Source of the DNA: Nitrospirota bacterium
GTDB lineage: Bacteria > Nitrospirota > UBA9217
Assembly (NCBI GenBank): GCA_963796285.1
Contig: CAWCKW010000013.1
Span: 480,001 to 544,000, forward strand
Length of the DNA stretch: 64,000 nucleotides
Reading direction: 5' to 3'
Made by a program: the position numbers and the translations under genes. This document shows positions 1-10,764 of this stretch, in pieces. Every line of letters begins with the position of its first letter. Position 1 is the stretch's first letter. The notes beneath the pieces are model-generated. The model searched no databases. It was not told the DNA's origin and was given only the letters and a program-made list of their open reading frames with translations.

Positions 1-1
1 C

Positions 2-91
2 TTTGTGCAGGCGCTCGTCTTCACGCTCCTGACCATGCTGTATCTTGCAGGCTCGATCGAAGAAGCGCACCTTGGCGGCGATCACCACTAA
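2..91 (+). CDS. atpB: F0F1 ATP synthase subunit a, C-terminal end (partial)
   Basis: Frame from nt 2 reads FVQALVFTLLTMLYLAGSIEEAHLGGDHH*, the typical subunit a C-terminus, directly upstream of atpE. Confidence 0.9.
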   Translation, partial: FVQALVFTLLTMLYLAGSIEEAHLGGDHH

Positions 92-550
<459 letters not shown>

Positions 551-581
551 GCGAAGCTGAACTTCACCACGAATTCACAAC

Positions 582-620
582 AAAAAAGGGACGGTTCTTT
601 GAACCGTCCCTTTTTATTTT
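582..620. terminator. Intrinsic, probably bidirectional terminator
   Basis: AAAAAAGGGACGGTTC-ttt-GAACCGTCCCTTTTT between convergent genes. Confidence 0.85.
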
Positions 621-713
621 TCAGAGGAGGCGTGGAGTTCACCCCTTGCATGCATCATTCCGGGTGGCCGCCCATGAATAGAGTATGCACACAGGATTCC
701 CTATATACTCTCC

Positions 714-1157
714 TCACGCCACTTTCCGGTCAGCTAACGTCTCTCCCAGGACCTTTGACTCCCCGCCTATCCGGGCACTGTTGAGATGAGCGTTCCCGCC
801 GACCTCGGCCCTGTCACAAACTTCGGCTACACCAGTCACGATCGCATCTCCGTAGATGCTGGAATATCCGTATACTTTTGCGTCACCGGTTACTTTGGCC
901 TTGCCGAAGACCTTGGCATTACCGAAGACCTCCGCCCTGCCCGACACCTCGGCCTTGTCGAAGATCCACGCATTCCCGAAAATGAAGGCCTCGCCGCTCA
1001 GCTTGCACTTGCCGCAGATCTTGGCAAAAGGACCAACATACACAGTATCCGCGACCTGCGCATGCTCGGCAACCATGCCGCCGCCATTGGGGTGGTGATG
1101 GTATTTTATACCATCGATCTCCACTACCGGTGCAGTTGTCAATACCTTGATATCCAT
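714..1157 (-). CDS. Hexapeptide-repeat (beta-helix) hypothetical protein
   Basis: Repeated A-x-V-x-G-x units (AEVSGR AEVFGN AKVFGK AKVTGD); SD GGAGG. Confidence 0.75.
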   Translation of the reverse strand: MDIKVLTTAPVVEIDGIKYHHHPNGGGMVAEHAQVADTVYVGPFAKICGKCKLSGEAFIFGNAWIFDKAEVSGRAEVFGNAKVFGKAKVTGDAKVYGYSSIYGDAIVTGVAEVCDRAEVGGNAHLNSARIGGESKVLGETLADRKVA

Positions 1158-1542
1158 ACTCCACCTCCCAAGATTTTAAATTATTCGGCTTCCTACTTAA
1201 TGAAAATATCGTGCCTTCGATCCCTGATGGATCGCCGGGGATACCACCTCAAATTGTAAGTTTAGCGTAAGTAAATGATATCTAAGAACTGGAACTTTGT
1301 CAAACTCGCCTGACTCCGGCATGTAATAATCAAATGCATGGTTTAGAACACAGCCTGTCGCCAGCACTCCGCAATGACGGGTATTTAACTTCCATGCTTA
1401 CAATCGGTTATATTGCATACCAACAGGTCCACAGTAATATGGAAAACGAGATCCATTGAATTTCCTTTAGATTACATCGATTATTTGCTATAATAGTGCC
1501 TCGACACAATTCATGCATTCTTCAGAAGGAGTCCATTTCCTC

Positions 1543-2961
1543 ATGAGCACTACCAGCAATGTTCGTGTCCGTTTTGCACCAAGCCCGACCGGCGCTCTGC
1601 ACATTGGCGGCGTACGCACAGCGCTCTTCAACTGGCTCTTCGCCCGCCACCACGGCGGAAAGTTCATCCTCAGGATCGAGGACACGGACCAGACCCGCTC
1701 CACTGATGAGTCCATCAAGATCATCCTTGACGGCATGAAGTGGCTCGGGCTTGACTGGGACGAGGGCCCGTTCCGCCAAACCGAACGCATGGACATCTAC
1801 AAAGAGCAGGTGGATCGCCTGCTCAAAGAGGGCAAGGCTTACCACTGCTACTGCACTCCTGAGGAGCTCGAAGCACGGAGAAAAGTCGCCATGGCCGCGG
1901 GCAGGCCGCCCAAATACGACCGGAAGTGCCGGTCTCTTACCGCCCCGGTGGAAGGCAGGACGCCGTCAATCAGGTTCTTTTCATCAGACGAGGGCCAGAC
2001 CATCGTGCGCGACATGATCCACGGAGCGGTCACTTTTGAGAACCAGCAGCTCGACGATCTCATTATCCAGCGCTCCGACGGGTTCCCGACCTACAATTTT
2101 GCCGTGGTCGTGGACGACGTGACCATGGGCATCACCCACGTGATCCGGGGCGACGACCATTTGAACAACACGCCGCGCCAGATCCAGCTCTACCAGGCCC
2201 TGGGATATGAACCGCCGCAATTCGCGCACCTGTCCATGATCCTCGGCCCGGACAAGACCAAGCTCTCAAAGCGCCATGGCGCCACGGCCGTCACTGAATA
2301 TATCGACTTGGGCTATCTGCCCGAGGCGCTCGTGAATTATCTCTCCCGCCTCGGCTGGTCTTCAGGGGACCAGGAAATTTTCTCACGCCAAGAGCTGATC
2401 GATAAATTTTCTTTCGACACCGTGGGCAAGGCCCCGTCGGTCTTCAATCCCGAAAAGCTGCTCTGGCTGAACCATCACTACATCCAGCAAGCCGATGCAG
2501 GGAGACTCTCGGACCTGGTACTCGACCTTCTCAAGAAGGACGGGCTCGTGAAACCAGGTAGCGAGCCGGACCCTGAGTGGTTCAAGAAACTCGTAAACAT
2601 ACTCACCGAGCGCAGCCATACGCTTGTGGAAATGAAGACAGGCGCATTGCCCTTTATACTGGAGGAGATCACGATGGACGAGAAGGCGCGGGCAAAGCAC
2701 CTGACGCCGGACATTGCTCCGCTCCTTTCCGAACTGGTCGGACGGCTAAGGTCGGTCGAACCCTTTGCGCACGAAGAGGTGGCGCAGGTTTTCAACGCTC
2801 TCGTGGCGGAGAAAGGCATCAAGCTCGGCAAGCTAGCCCAGCCGGTGCGCGTGGCCTTGACCGGTGGAACGATCAGTCCCGGCATCTTTGAGGTTCTCGA
2901 GGTGATGGGGAAAGAGAAGGCCTTGAAGAGGATCGAAGCGGCGATCTGCCTGGCGAAATAG
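1543..2961 (+). CDS. gltX: Glutamate--tRNA ligase
   Basis: RFAPSPTGxLHIGG, RIEDTD and KLSKR motifs; upstream TGnTATAAT near 1486-1494. Confidence 0.97.
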   Translation: MSTTSNVRVRFAPSPTGALHIGGVRTALFNWLFARHHGGKFILRIEDTDQTRSTDESIKIILDGMKWLGLDWDEGPFRQTERMDIYKEQVDRLLKEGKAYHCYCTPEELEARRKVAMAAGRPPKYDRKCRSLTAPVEGRTPSIRFFSSDEGQTIVRDMIHGAVTFENQQLDDLIIQRSDGFPTYNFAVVVDDVTMGITHVIRGDDHLNNTPRQIQLYQALGYEPPQFAHLSMILGPDKTKLSKRHGATAVTEYIDLGYLPEALVNYLSRLGWSSGDQEIFSRQELIDKFSFDTVGKAPSVFNPEKLLWLNHHYIQQADAGRLSDLVLDLLKKDGLVKPGSEPDPEWFKKLVNILTERSHTLVEMKTGALPFILEEITMDEKARAKHLTPDIAPLLSELVGRLRSVEPFAHEEVAQVFNALVAEKGIKLGKLAQPVRVALTGGTISPGIFEVLEVMGKEKALKRIEAAICLAK

Positions 2962-3020
2962 GCGCAATCATCAAAAGACAACTTGCTCATCGCCGTGAAA
3001 CCGATCTAAAGGATAACGAG

Positions 3021-3160
3021 TTACCGACAAAGGCGCGGAGAGGACCGTGAGACGAATTAATCGAGCATTCAATTCGGTTTTGATCAACTCCTGAAAACAG
3101 AGTCTCATCGATATTACCTACTGTCATATTTTTTCTCCGTGTCTCAGTGTCTCCGTGGTA
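3021..3160. repeat. Degenerate 9-nt-period REP-like inverted element
   Basis: Left arm ttaccgacaaaggcgcggagag, right arm ctccgtgtctcagtgtctccgtggtaa; same type as 13693, 22648, 29341 and 32300. Confidence 0.5.
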
Positions 3161-3194
3161 ATTCCCCTGGTGTCCGCAGGTACTGGTTTAATCC

Positions 3195-3674
3195 ATGTCC
3201 ATCTGTATCGAAAAAAAACTGACGCTCTCCGGCAAAGTCTATTTGTTCGAATGTGAATTGCTCCTGTTGAACGACGTCCTCGGCGTTCTCAAATACGTCA
3301 TTGACCGGGAGTATATTGTCGATGGAATCAAGCTCCATCCGGGCGATATCACTCACGCTCTGTATTGGATGGACAGGCCGTACACGTTATATATCTGGCA
3401 CTTGTCCCGGGACCGGGTCGTTTATTACTTCAACATTGCGGACAGGATCTCTCTGCAGCCACGGGAATTTCTGTGGCGCGACCTCGCCGTCGACATCCTG
3501 ATCGACGATGGACGAAATATTCACGTCCTTGACGAGGACGAACTGCCTGACAACCTGGACCCGGAACTGTCCTGTTACATTCAAAACGCGAAAACGACCA
3601 TCATGCGAGAATATGCTTCAATAATACATGAAGCAAACACTATCGTAAGCGCACTGCCTTCCCGTCTATTGTAG
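3195..3674 (+). CDS. DUF402 domain protein
   Basis: YYFNIA...WRDLAVDILI...VLDEDEL motif. Confidence 0.8.
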   Translation: MSICIEKKLTLSGKVYLFECELLLLNDVLGVLKYVIDREYIVDGIKLHPGDITHALYWMDRPYTLYIWHLSRDRVVYYFNIADRISLQPREFLWRDLAVDILIDDGRNIHVLDEDELPDNLDPELSCYIQNAKTTIMREYASIIHEANTIVSALPSRLL

Positions 3675-3910
3675 CCAGTCACCCCGGCTGCGGGGAAAAG
3701 TCTTATTAAAACTAAGACTGCTAGCCGTGGAATTTATATGTTGTTTATTGTTGTAAGAGACGGTCTTTCGGTCAGGAGACAGGTACTGACCAGGTGGTCC
3801 TCTCTTTCAACTTTTTTTCCAGCGGATGGTTTCCGTAGTGCGGTGTTGGAATTCGGATGCTGATGGTAATTATGATTGTCAATCGGCCTTTTTTACGATA
3901 AAATGCCTGC

Positions 3911-4208
3911 GTGCGTCTCGATCTCTTCTTAAAAACAAGCCGTCTCGTAAAGCGCAGGACCATAGCTCAGGAGATGTGCGGGGCCGGCTAGGGTGCTGGT
4001 GAACGGCCATGAAGCAAAACCCGCAAAAGAAGTGAACAAGGGAGACGTCATCACCCTGAAGTTTTCGACACGCATTGTCGATCTGAACGTGCTCGAAATG
4101 CCGACCTCCTCGAAAAAAGCGTCTCCTGAAGCGTTCTATTCCGTTACGTCCGAGACGAGGTTGCCGAGAGATAAGGACCTATGGAGCGAAAACCCCTCAT
4201 CCTCATAA
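3911..4208 (+). CDS. S4 domain RNA-binding protein (Hsp15/YabO-like); +1 frameshift near 3989
   Basis: GTG start MRLDLFLKTSRLVKRRTIAQEMCGAG continues as RVLVNGHEAKPAKEV if one T is removed. Confidence 0.85.
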
Positions 4209-5200
4209 CCATGGGAGACCCAGCCGGCATCGGGCCTGAGATCATTGCCAAAGTCCTCGACAACGGCGAGATCGTTCCGCTCTGCAGACCGGTGGTGATC
4301 GGTGACGCAGGTATAATGAGGAAGTTGATCGAAGAGATGCGGCTTCCAATCACCGTGAACAGCATTGCATCGCTTTCCCAGGCGGCCCCTGCCAAAAGCA
4401 GGCTCGATGTGCTGGACCTCAAGAACGTCGATCTCGCGGCACACGAATGGGGGAAACCGGGCGCTTCGTCAGGTACCTCTGTCGTGGAGTATATAAAAAA
4501 GGCCGTTGAACTGACGATGGCCCACGAGGCTGACGCCATCGTGACCGCGCCGATCAGCAAAGAGATGATGAATGCGGCCGGGCACCATTATGCCGGACAT
4601 ACCGAGCTTCTGGCCGACCTTACCGGGGCAAAAGAATATGGGATGCTGTTCGTGGGCGGGGGGCTACGCGTCATCCTCGTCACCATCCACGCGGCGCTCA
4701 AGGACGTTCCTCGCCTTATCACGCAGGCGTCGGTCCTGAAGACGCTCCGGCTTGCCCACAGGGCCATGCAGTCCTTCGGCATCGACAAACCGCGCATCGG
4801 CGTGGCCGCGCTCAACCCCCATGCGGGCGAAGGCAGGCTTTTCGGCAACGAGGAGTGGGACATCATCCTTCCGGCCGTGGTCAAGGCGCGGGGAGAAGGC
4901 ATCCACGCAAGCGATCCGATCCCGGCTGACACCCTGTTTTATAAGGCTCGGAACAACTATTACGACATCGTTGTGGCCATGTACCACGATCAGGGTCTGG
5001 CCCCGCTCAAGATGATCGCTTTCGGAAAAGCAGTGAATGTTACCGTGGGGCTCCCGATCCTCCGCACGTCGGTTGACCACGGGACCGCCTATGATATAGC
5101 CGGCAAAGGTTGCGCTGACCCCACAAGCCTGCTCGAGGCCGTAAAGCTTGCCGTTTCCATGAGCGCCCACCGCAAGCGCGCTCAAAAGGAGATTTCGTGA
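4181..5200 (+). CDS. pdxA: 4-hydroxythreonine-4-phosphate dehydrogenase
   Basis: TMGDPAGIGPE, GHTE, LNPHAGE, MYHDQG and RTSVDHGTA motifs. Confidence 0.95.
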   Translation: MERKPLILITMGDPAGIGPEIIAKVLDNGEIVPLCRPVVIGDAGIMRKLIEEMRLPITVNSIASLSQAAPAKSRLDVLDLKNVDLAAHEWGKPGASSGTSVVEYIKKAVELTMAHEADAIVTAPISKEMMNAAGHHYAGHTELLADLTGAKEYGMLFVGGGLRVILVTIHAALKDVPRLITQASVLKTLRLAHRAMQSFGIDKPRIGVAALNPHAGEGRLFGNEEWDIILPAVVKARGEGIHASDPIPADTLFYKARNNYYDIVVAMYHDQGLAPLKMIAFGKAVNVTVGLPILRTSVDHGTAYDIAGKGCADPTSLLEAVKLAVSMSAHRKRAQKEIS

Positions 5201-6282
5201 GCTCTCCTCCTCAGTCGTTTCTTTCGCGCCCGATGCTTTTTTCCGTTGTTTTTTTCGGCCTTTTCCTTTTATTACTCTACCAGATGGGCCGGATATTGAT
5301 GCCGTTCCTGTCTCCCCTGCTCTGGGCCGCGATCCTTACTCTCGCGTTGTACCCGCTCCATAGGCGGATCGATGTGCTCGTGAAAGGCCGCAAAGGCCTG
5401 GCGGCAGGCATTACGACCCTGGTGGCCCTGCTCCTGGTCATTGGCCCCGCAGTCGCGCTGCTCGTTGTCCTGTCAGGCCAGGCCGTGGATATTTACCAGT
5501 GGGCATCATCGGTCATCCAGTCCGGCAGGCTTACGGAGGTTTGGAGCAGATTAACAAACTCGTTCCTCGACAGAATCCTGACCAACCCTGCCCTTGCCGG
5601 GCTCGACCTGAAGGGACATCTTCTCAAGGGACTCGGCGATCTCTCATCGGAACTGACCTCCTCTCTCGGCGGGATGCTCAGGAACACTCTGGTCTTTATC
5701 GTCGATATTGTGATCATGCTGATCGCTCTGTTCTTTTTTTTCAGGGACGGCGAAGCCTATTACAGCTCAAGCCTGGAACTGCTCCCCTTTACCAAGCGTC
5801 AGAAGGAAGCCATTGCGCAGAAATTCGCCGATACCTTCCGCGCGGTGATCAACGGCGTGTTCCTCATCGCCCTGCTCCAGGGGGCGATGACCGGGATCGG
5901 ATTTGCCGTGTTCGGCGTTCCCTTTGCAGTCTTCTGGGGGTTCCTTGCAGCAGGACTCGCGCTTCTTCCCGTTGGCGGTGCGGCCCTCGTCTGGCTGCCC
6001 GGAGCCGCCTACCTGTACCTGGGCGGCGCGACACTCCCGGGTATCCTGCTCGGCGTCTGGGGTCTGGTGCTCGTCAGCCTGCCTGATAATTTCTTAAAGC
6101 CGCTCATTATCGGCAAGAAGGCGAAGATCCCGACCTTTGTGCTCTTCATTGCCTTGCTCGGCGGGCTGCAGGTATACGGCGTACTGGGGATCCTGTTCGG
6201 TCCGCTCGTGGTGACTCTGCTGACCGCCTTTGTCCAGATCTACCGCGAAGAGTATGCAGAGCGGCATCACCCGCAGGCCTAA
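5197..6282 (+). CDS. AI-2E family transporter
   Basis: Multi-TM protein with DNFLKP and GILFGP motifs. Confidence 0.88.
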   Translation: MSSPPQSFLSRPMLFSVVFFGLFLLLLYQMGRILMPFLSPLLWAAILTLALYPLHRRIDVLVKGRKGLAAGITTLVALLLVIGPAVALLVVLSGQAVDIYQWASSVIQSGRLTEVWSRLTNSFLDRILTNPALAGLDLKGHLLKGLGDLSSELTSSLGGMLRNTLVFIVDIVIMLIALFFFFRDGEAYYSSSLELLPFTKRQKEAIAQKFADTFRAVINGVFLIALLQGAMTGIGFAVFGVPFAVFWGFLAAGLALLPVGGAALVWLPGAAYLYLGGATLPGILLGVWGLVLVSLPDNFLKPLIIGKKAKIPTFVLFIALLGGLQVYGVLGILFGPLVVTLLTAFVQIYREEYAERHHPQA

Positions 6283-6405
6283 GCGTTACAGTGCAGCCCA
6301 TGGCAGCGCCGCCCAATTTTACCGCAGTTGAGGTGAACGCTTCGTTGTCAAATGCATCATTGAAAAATCACATCAAACTAAACATATAGGAAGGATCGTT
6401 ACTCT

Positions 6406-7089
6406 ATGGAAGATTTTACAAAATCTGATACCTGGCGTGTCTTCAGGATCATGGCGGAACTGGTAGAGGGCTTTGAGGCCTTGAACAACATTGGTCCGGC
6501 AGTGACCATCTTCGGAAGCGCACGGCTGGCTCCGGGTTCTCCCTACTACAACAAATGCCTCAAGGTTGCCGAGAACCTGTCAAAAGAAGGCTTTGCCGTG
6601 ATCTCAGGCGGGGGACCGGGCATCATGGAAGCCGCGAACAAGGGTGCGCAGAACGCGAACGGCACATCGGTGGGCCTGAACATCGAACTGCCCATGGAGC
6701 AGACACCGAACCTGTACCAGGACGTGAAGGTTGAGTTCCGTTACTTCTTCGTACGCAAGCTCATGTTTGTTAAATATGCGGTCGGGTATGTGATCTTTCC
6801 AGGCGGCTTCGGCACCATTGACGAATTGTTCGAGGCCCTCACGCTCATCCAGACAAAAAAGATCCGGGTATTCCCCGTTGTACTGGTAGGCAAGGACTAC
6901 TGGTCGGGATTGATCGACTGGATGAAGACGTCCGTGCTTGCAGCGGGCAACATCAGCCCCGAGGACCTCGATTTCATGCATATCGTGGATGAACCGGATG
7001 AGGTATGCGCGATCATTAATAAACGGTATAAGGACCGGCTGAGCGGTGTCCATAAGGACCGGCGGGACAAGGCCCGGAAGGGCATTTAA
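6406..7089 (+). CDS. LOG family (TIGR00730) nucleotide phosphoribohydrolase
   Basis: FGSAR, GGGPGIMEAAN, PGGFGTIDELFE. Confidence 0.92.
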   Translation: MEDFTKSDTWRVFRIMAELVEGFEALNNIGPAVTIFGSARLAPGSPYYNKCLKVAENLSKEGFAVISGGGPGIMEAANKGAQNANGTSVGLNIELPMEQTPNLYQDVKVEFRYFFVRKLMFVKYAVGYVIFPGGFGTIDELFEALTLIQTKKIRVFPVVLVGKDYWSGLIDWMKTSVLAAGNISPEDLDFMHIVDEPDEVCAIINKRYKDRLSGVHKDRRDKARKGI

Positions 7090-7832
7090 TCGGACTTGAT
7101 CTTTTTCAATTTCGTTCGGCGAGCACGGTGTTTGAGGTGTTGCGCGGCACGCATCCTGCGAAACCAGCGCTCGATGGTCTCCCGGTAGACCATTGTGAGC
7201 AGAATGAGAAAAAGACTGACCCCGAGAAGCGTGAACAGCGCTCCATACCGTTTGTCACGGAAGAGCGTCCCTCCGACGGTAAGCAGCGTGGTTCCGAGCA
7301 GGCGGCCCGTTGTGGACACGAGCAGGAAATCACGCTGCCCCATGTGTCCCAATCCCAGAAGATAGCAGAGAATGTCCTTGGGAAAACCCGGGATCAGGAA
7401 CATGAGAAACGCGAGGAACAGGCCCTTGTGCTTCATCACGTAGTCGTAGCGTTTGATCGTCTCGGCCTTTACGACCATTTCGACCAGGGGTCTGCCGGCA
7501 AGACGGGCAAGCAGGAACGCTATCCATGAACCGAGGGTGAGGCCTATCGTTGAATACAATATTCCCCACCCTGTGCCGAAGAAGACGCCGCCGACAAAAC
7601 CCGTCGCCTCGCCGGGAATGGGTGCCGCAATTACCTGGAGCGCCTGGAGCCCGATGAAAATAAAGGCCGCGTTCGCCTGATGCTCTTTGATGAAATTCAA
7701 CAGACGCTGGCGGTCGGTAAAGTAATCGATGAAGCCGTGCGAATAGAGCAGGTAAATAAAACCGGCGAGAAAGAGACAAGCCGCAGCGAACCCGGCGATG
7801 GTTTTTTTATCAAATCTTATCATAGAGAGCAT
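7086..7832 (-). CDS. TVP38/TMEM64 (DedA/VTT) membrane protein
   Basis: APIPGE and PGFPKDILCY motifs; hydrophobic helices. Confidence 0.88.
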   Translation of the reverse strand: MLSMIRFDKKTIAGFAAACLFLAGFIYLLYSHGFIDYFTDRQRLLNFIKEHQANAAFIFIGLQALQVIAAPIPGEATGFVGGVFFGTGWGILYSTIGLTLGSWIAFLLARLAGRPLVEMVVKAETIKRYDYVMKHKGLFLAFLMFLIPGFPKDILCYLLGLGHMGQRDFLLVSTTGRLLGTTLLTVGGTLFRDKRYGALFTLLGVSLFLILLTMVYRETIERWFRRMRAAQHLKHRARRTKLKKIKSD

Positions 7833-7841
7833 GTAGACCGA

Positions 7842-8126
7842 TTATTTCTTGAAAAGATCATCCAATGCCTTGCGCGCCTGTGCGCCCCCGGCATCCGGCG
7901 CAGCAATCCGGCCTTCCACGAACACAAAATAATCGCAGAAATTGGCCTTTGCTTTTTCTCTCACCAGCTCCGCCACCGTCTCCCGGCAGTGTTTTGAAAC
8001 CGCCAGGTCGTAGAACAGACAATTGAGACAGCACCGAAGATCAGCACCGCAGGACAGGCATGCCTCCCCGCGTCCGGTCTTCAACTCGCCGGCGATTTCT
8101 TTTTTACAGGCATGACAAATCCTCAT
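7842..8126 (-). CDS. Small Cys-rich putative metal-binding protein
   Basis: CxxC...CxxC...CCxxC...C...NFCDYF. Confidence 0.75.
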   Translation of the reverse strand: MRICHACKKEIAGELKTGRGEACLSCGADLRCCLNCLFYDLAVSKHCRETVAELVREKAKANFCDYFVFVEGRIAAPDAGGAQARKALDDLFKK

Positions 8127-8423
8127 CGGTGCAATAATAATAGCCCATCAGGCCGGATTAGACAAGCCTAAAGATGGTGCGCGCGCGGTCGCGGGCTCTC
8201 AAAAGCTGCATCCCTCCGCGAAAAGATCATTATGCTGGAACTGACCATGGATCCAGCTCCAATAGTCCCGGCTAATATGGAACGGAATCTGGCCCGGGGA
8301 ACTGCTCTATCTCCCGGTGAAATATTTATTTTGTTTGTGCTTCCATGAGGGTTAAATTTCTGCTATAGTAACGGTATAACTTGAACGCAGGGAACGAGTA
8401 ATTGACTAAGGAGATGGAAAGCG

Positions 8424-8768
8424 ATGAAGATCAGCGTTGAAAATTTACCGCCCGACATCACCGAGGACAGGTTAAAAGACGTATTTGGCCAGATCGGAGA
8501 GGTCCAGTCAGTCAAACTGAAGACCGACCTGCTCACCTGGCAGCCGAATGGTCACGGTATCGTAGACATGACCCTGGAGGTGGATGCCTACCGGGCGATC
8601 AATTGTTTTGAAGGTGCTTTATTTAAGGACAAGAAGATACATGTTAAGGAAACCTATCCGCTGTTCGAAAAGGCAAAAAACGCGCTCGAGCATATCACCG
8701 ACGGTCAAGCATTTTCGGATTTCAAACCACTGGCCAGCTTCGAGCGCTGGAAAGAACAGTTCAAGTAG
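8424..8768 (+). CDS. RRM-type RNA-binding protein
   Basis: ISVENLP...L..VF.QIGEV RNP2-like start; SD AAGGAG. Confidence 0.8.
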   Translation: MKISVENLPPDITEDRLKDVFGQIGEVQSVKLKTDLLTWQPNGHGIVDMTLEVDAYRAINCFEGALFKDKKIHVKETYPLFEKAKNALEHITDGQAFSDFKPLASFERWKEQFK

Positions 8769-9013
8769 CGCTAATCCCGTATGCATCTGTGGGCCTGCCT
8801 ATTTGAAGGGTCACGTGCGGTAAAGAATACCATGCACTGAACAAAGCCCCGTTCCGGCCAATAGACGTTGGATTGACAAGCCCGCCCCGAACAGGATAAC
8901 ACAATAATTTCAAGATCACATCCTGCCCCTTGAATGCCCTGTTTCGCCGAGTCGAAGCGTGTTGAGGGGTGGATTGGGCAATTTTATAAGAACCTCCACG
9001 GTACGCGGCCTTC

Positions 9014-10435
9014 TCACTCCCAGTCAAGCAATCGTTTCTGACCTTCTAGCTTCCTGATCGCCGTCACGTCCTGGCTCACTTCAAGACAGCCGCGGTACTT
9101 GCCATCTGCATCCCGCACCGCGAAATACCTGATCAGAATGAATTTCCCCTGCATCTGGATCCAGAAATCGGCCACATCCTTTTTCCCTGATCGGAACGCA
9201 TCCAGGATCTTCTGCACCGAACCCATGCTCTTGGGCGGATGGCAGTTCTGCACCTTGCGACCGATCACGCCGGGGCTGCGCGGGAAGATCCGCTCAGGAG
9301 ATGCAGAGTAATAGGCCACTTCATCATGCTCATTCACAAATGAGATATCGACTGGCAGATGCGTCAGCATCAGGTTCACCTGCTCGGGCGTGAGTTGGCC
9401 TGTGTCGAGGTTCAGACTGCCGATCTTCTCTGCCAGAAGCGACTGCTGAAAGGATTCCGCGGTCGCCTTCCATTGGGTCTCGGGCTTGATCCAGGCATAA
9501 CCCACCTCTTCCTCGCCCTTCCGAACCTTTGCCCAGTCCTCCTCGCTCAGGGTCTCAAGCGCCATGGGGAAAAGGATGTGCTCTTCCTTGTAGATCATGT
9601 CATTGACCATCTTCACCAGGGCCTGGATGGCCACCTGTTCCATCTTGTTCTCCGCAGCGCGCTTTCGCACGTCCTTGATGAATCCCCGGATATCGTCATG
9701 GAGCGCCCACATGACCTTGGACGGTCCGGTGATGCCTTTTGTCTCGAGGATCGGAAAAAGCTGGTTCTCCTTGCGCACGAAATGCTTGTTGATCTGGCTC
9801 AGGCGGTCAAGGATGTCGAGCAGCTTGCCCTTCTCCTTCGTAAAATCCTTTATTGCCTCTGCTTCTTTCAGTATTCCCTCGCAGGCCCGGTTCTCGAGCA
9901 TCAGCGTATGCACCGGGTGACCTGCAGGCAGGCCGGGCACGGTCTGGTGCTCGAGCGATTCCTGGAAAACCTTCACGTGCACGTCGCAGAGGCTCTTGAT
10001 CTCCGATTCAGGCATGCCCTCGGCGATGAGCCGCTGCTCCATCTGCGCGATCTCCCACGGCGCCACATCCTTGATCAGTTCTCCGAATTTCTTCTTCTGT
10101 GATTCGGCGTCCTTGCCCGCGTGAAGGTCCTTGATGATCTTTTTCATCGTATCGATCCGGACATCCTGTTCGTCCTGGCCCGGCTCACCGTAGGACACAG
10201 TCACTGCCTCGCCGGTCTTTTTTTTGATCTCCCCGGCGATGCCATCGAGAAGCTTTTTCACGTCCATGCCGCTGATCATCGCAGCCTTTCCGAGAGATGC
10301 AAGCTTGCCCACGGTCTTTCGCAGGAACGGGTTGTCCAGCATCTTGAACTCCGGGTTCAGACTGATCAGAAAGTCCTTCAGAAAAGGATAGACTGCAAGA
10401 AGGTCGTTTACTTTGGTTTTAGGGCTCAGTTCCAT
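9014..10435 (-). CDS. DUF1858-DUF438-hemerythrin-PAS domain protein
   Basis: LCDVH, GHPVHT..EN, HFVRKENQLFP, KEEHILFP and C-terminal PAS (VQNCHP); SD AAGGAG before ATG at 10435. Confidence 0.88.
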   Translation of the reverse strand: MELSPKTKVNDLLAVYPFLKDFLISLNPEFKMLDNPFLRKTVGKLASLGKAAMISGMDVKKLLDGIAGEIKKKTGEAVTVSYGEPGQDEQDVRIDTMKKIIKDLHAGKDAESQKKKFGELIKDVAPWEIAQMEQRLIAEGMPESEIKSLCDVHVKVFQESLEHQTVPGLPAGHPVHTLMLENRACEGILKEAEAIKDFTKEKGKLLDILDRLSQINKHFVRKENQLFPILETKGITGPSKVMWALHDDIRGFIKDVRKRAAENKMEQVAIQALVKMVNDMIYKEEHILFPMALETLSEEDWAKVRKGEEEVGYAWIKPETQWKATAESFQQSLLAEKIGSLNLDTGQLTPEQVNLMLTHLPVDISFVNEHDEVAYYSASPERIFPRSPGVIGRKVQNCHPPKSMGSVQKILDAFRSGKKDVADFWIQMQGKFILIRYFAVRDADGKYRGCLEVSQDVTAIRKLEGQKRLLDWE

Positions 10436-10456
10436 GGTTTTTCTCCTTTGCATATG

Positions 10457-10498
10457 ATAGTACCATTTTGATCTATTAAAGCATATGATATGCGTCAT
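10457..10498 (-). promoter_or_regulatory. Putative class II Crp/Fnr-type promoter of the DUF438 gene
   Basis: Palindrome ATGA-N6-TCAT (10485-10498) about 41.5 nt upstream of the start implied by extended -10 TGGTACTAT (10465-10457). Confidence 0.5.
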
Positions 10499-10682
10499 GA
10501 CAACCACAAATTTGCCGGCCGACTCGTCGGGTCAAATTCGTCTGACTTCATATTCTATTGAAAGATATAGTTACATCGGTTGATAGATAGTTCGGAACAA
10601 CATTCCGCCAGCGTTTTTTAAACCTCGGCATAGCCAGGCATAATCAGCAAAAATTCAGTGTACCTGAAATTGATTTGGGTTC

Positions 10683-10711
10683 TTGACAAATATTAATTCT
10701 TCTGGTAGCCT
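10683..10711 (+). promoter_or_regulatory. Sigma70-type promoter
   Basis: TTGACA-17nt-TAGCCT with extended TG. Confidence 0.6.
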
Positions 10712-10764
10712 TAGTCAGTATTCAGGGCTTTTTGATGAAAAAATCATATTACGGAGGTGGTACC

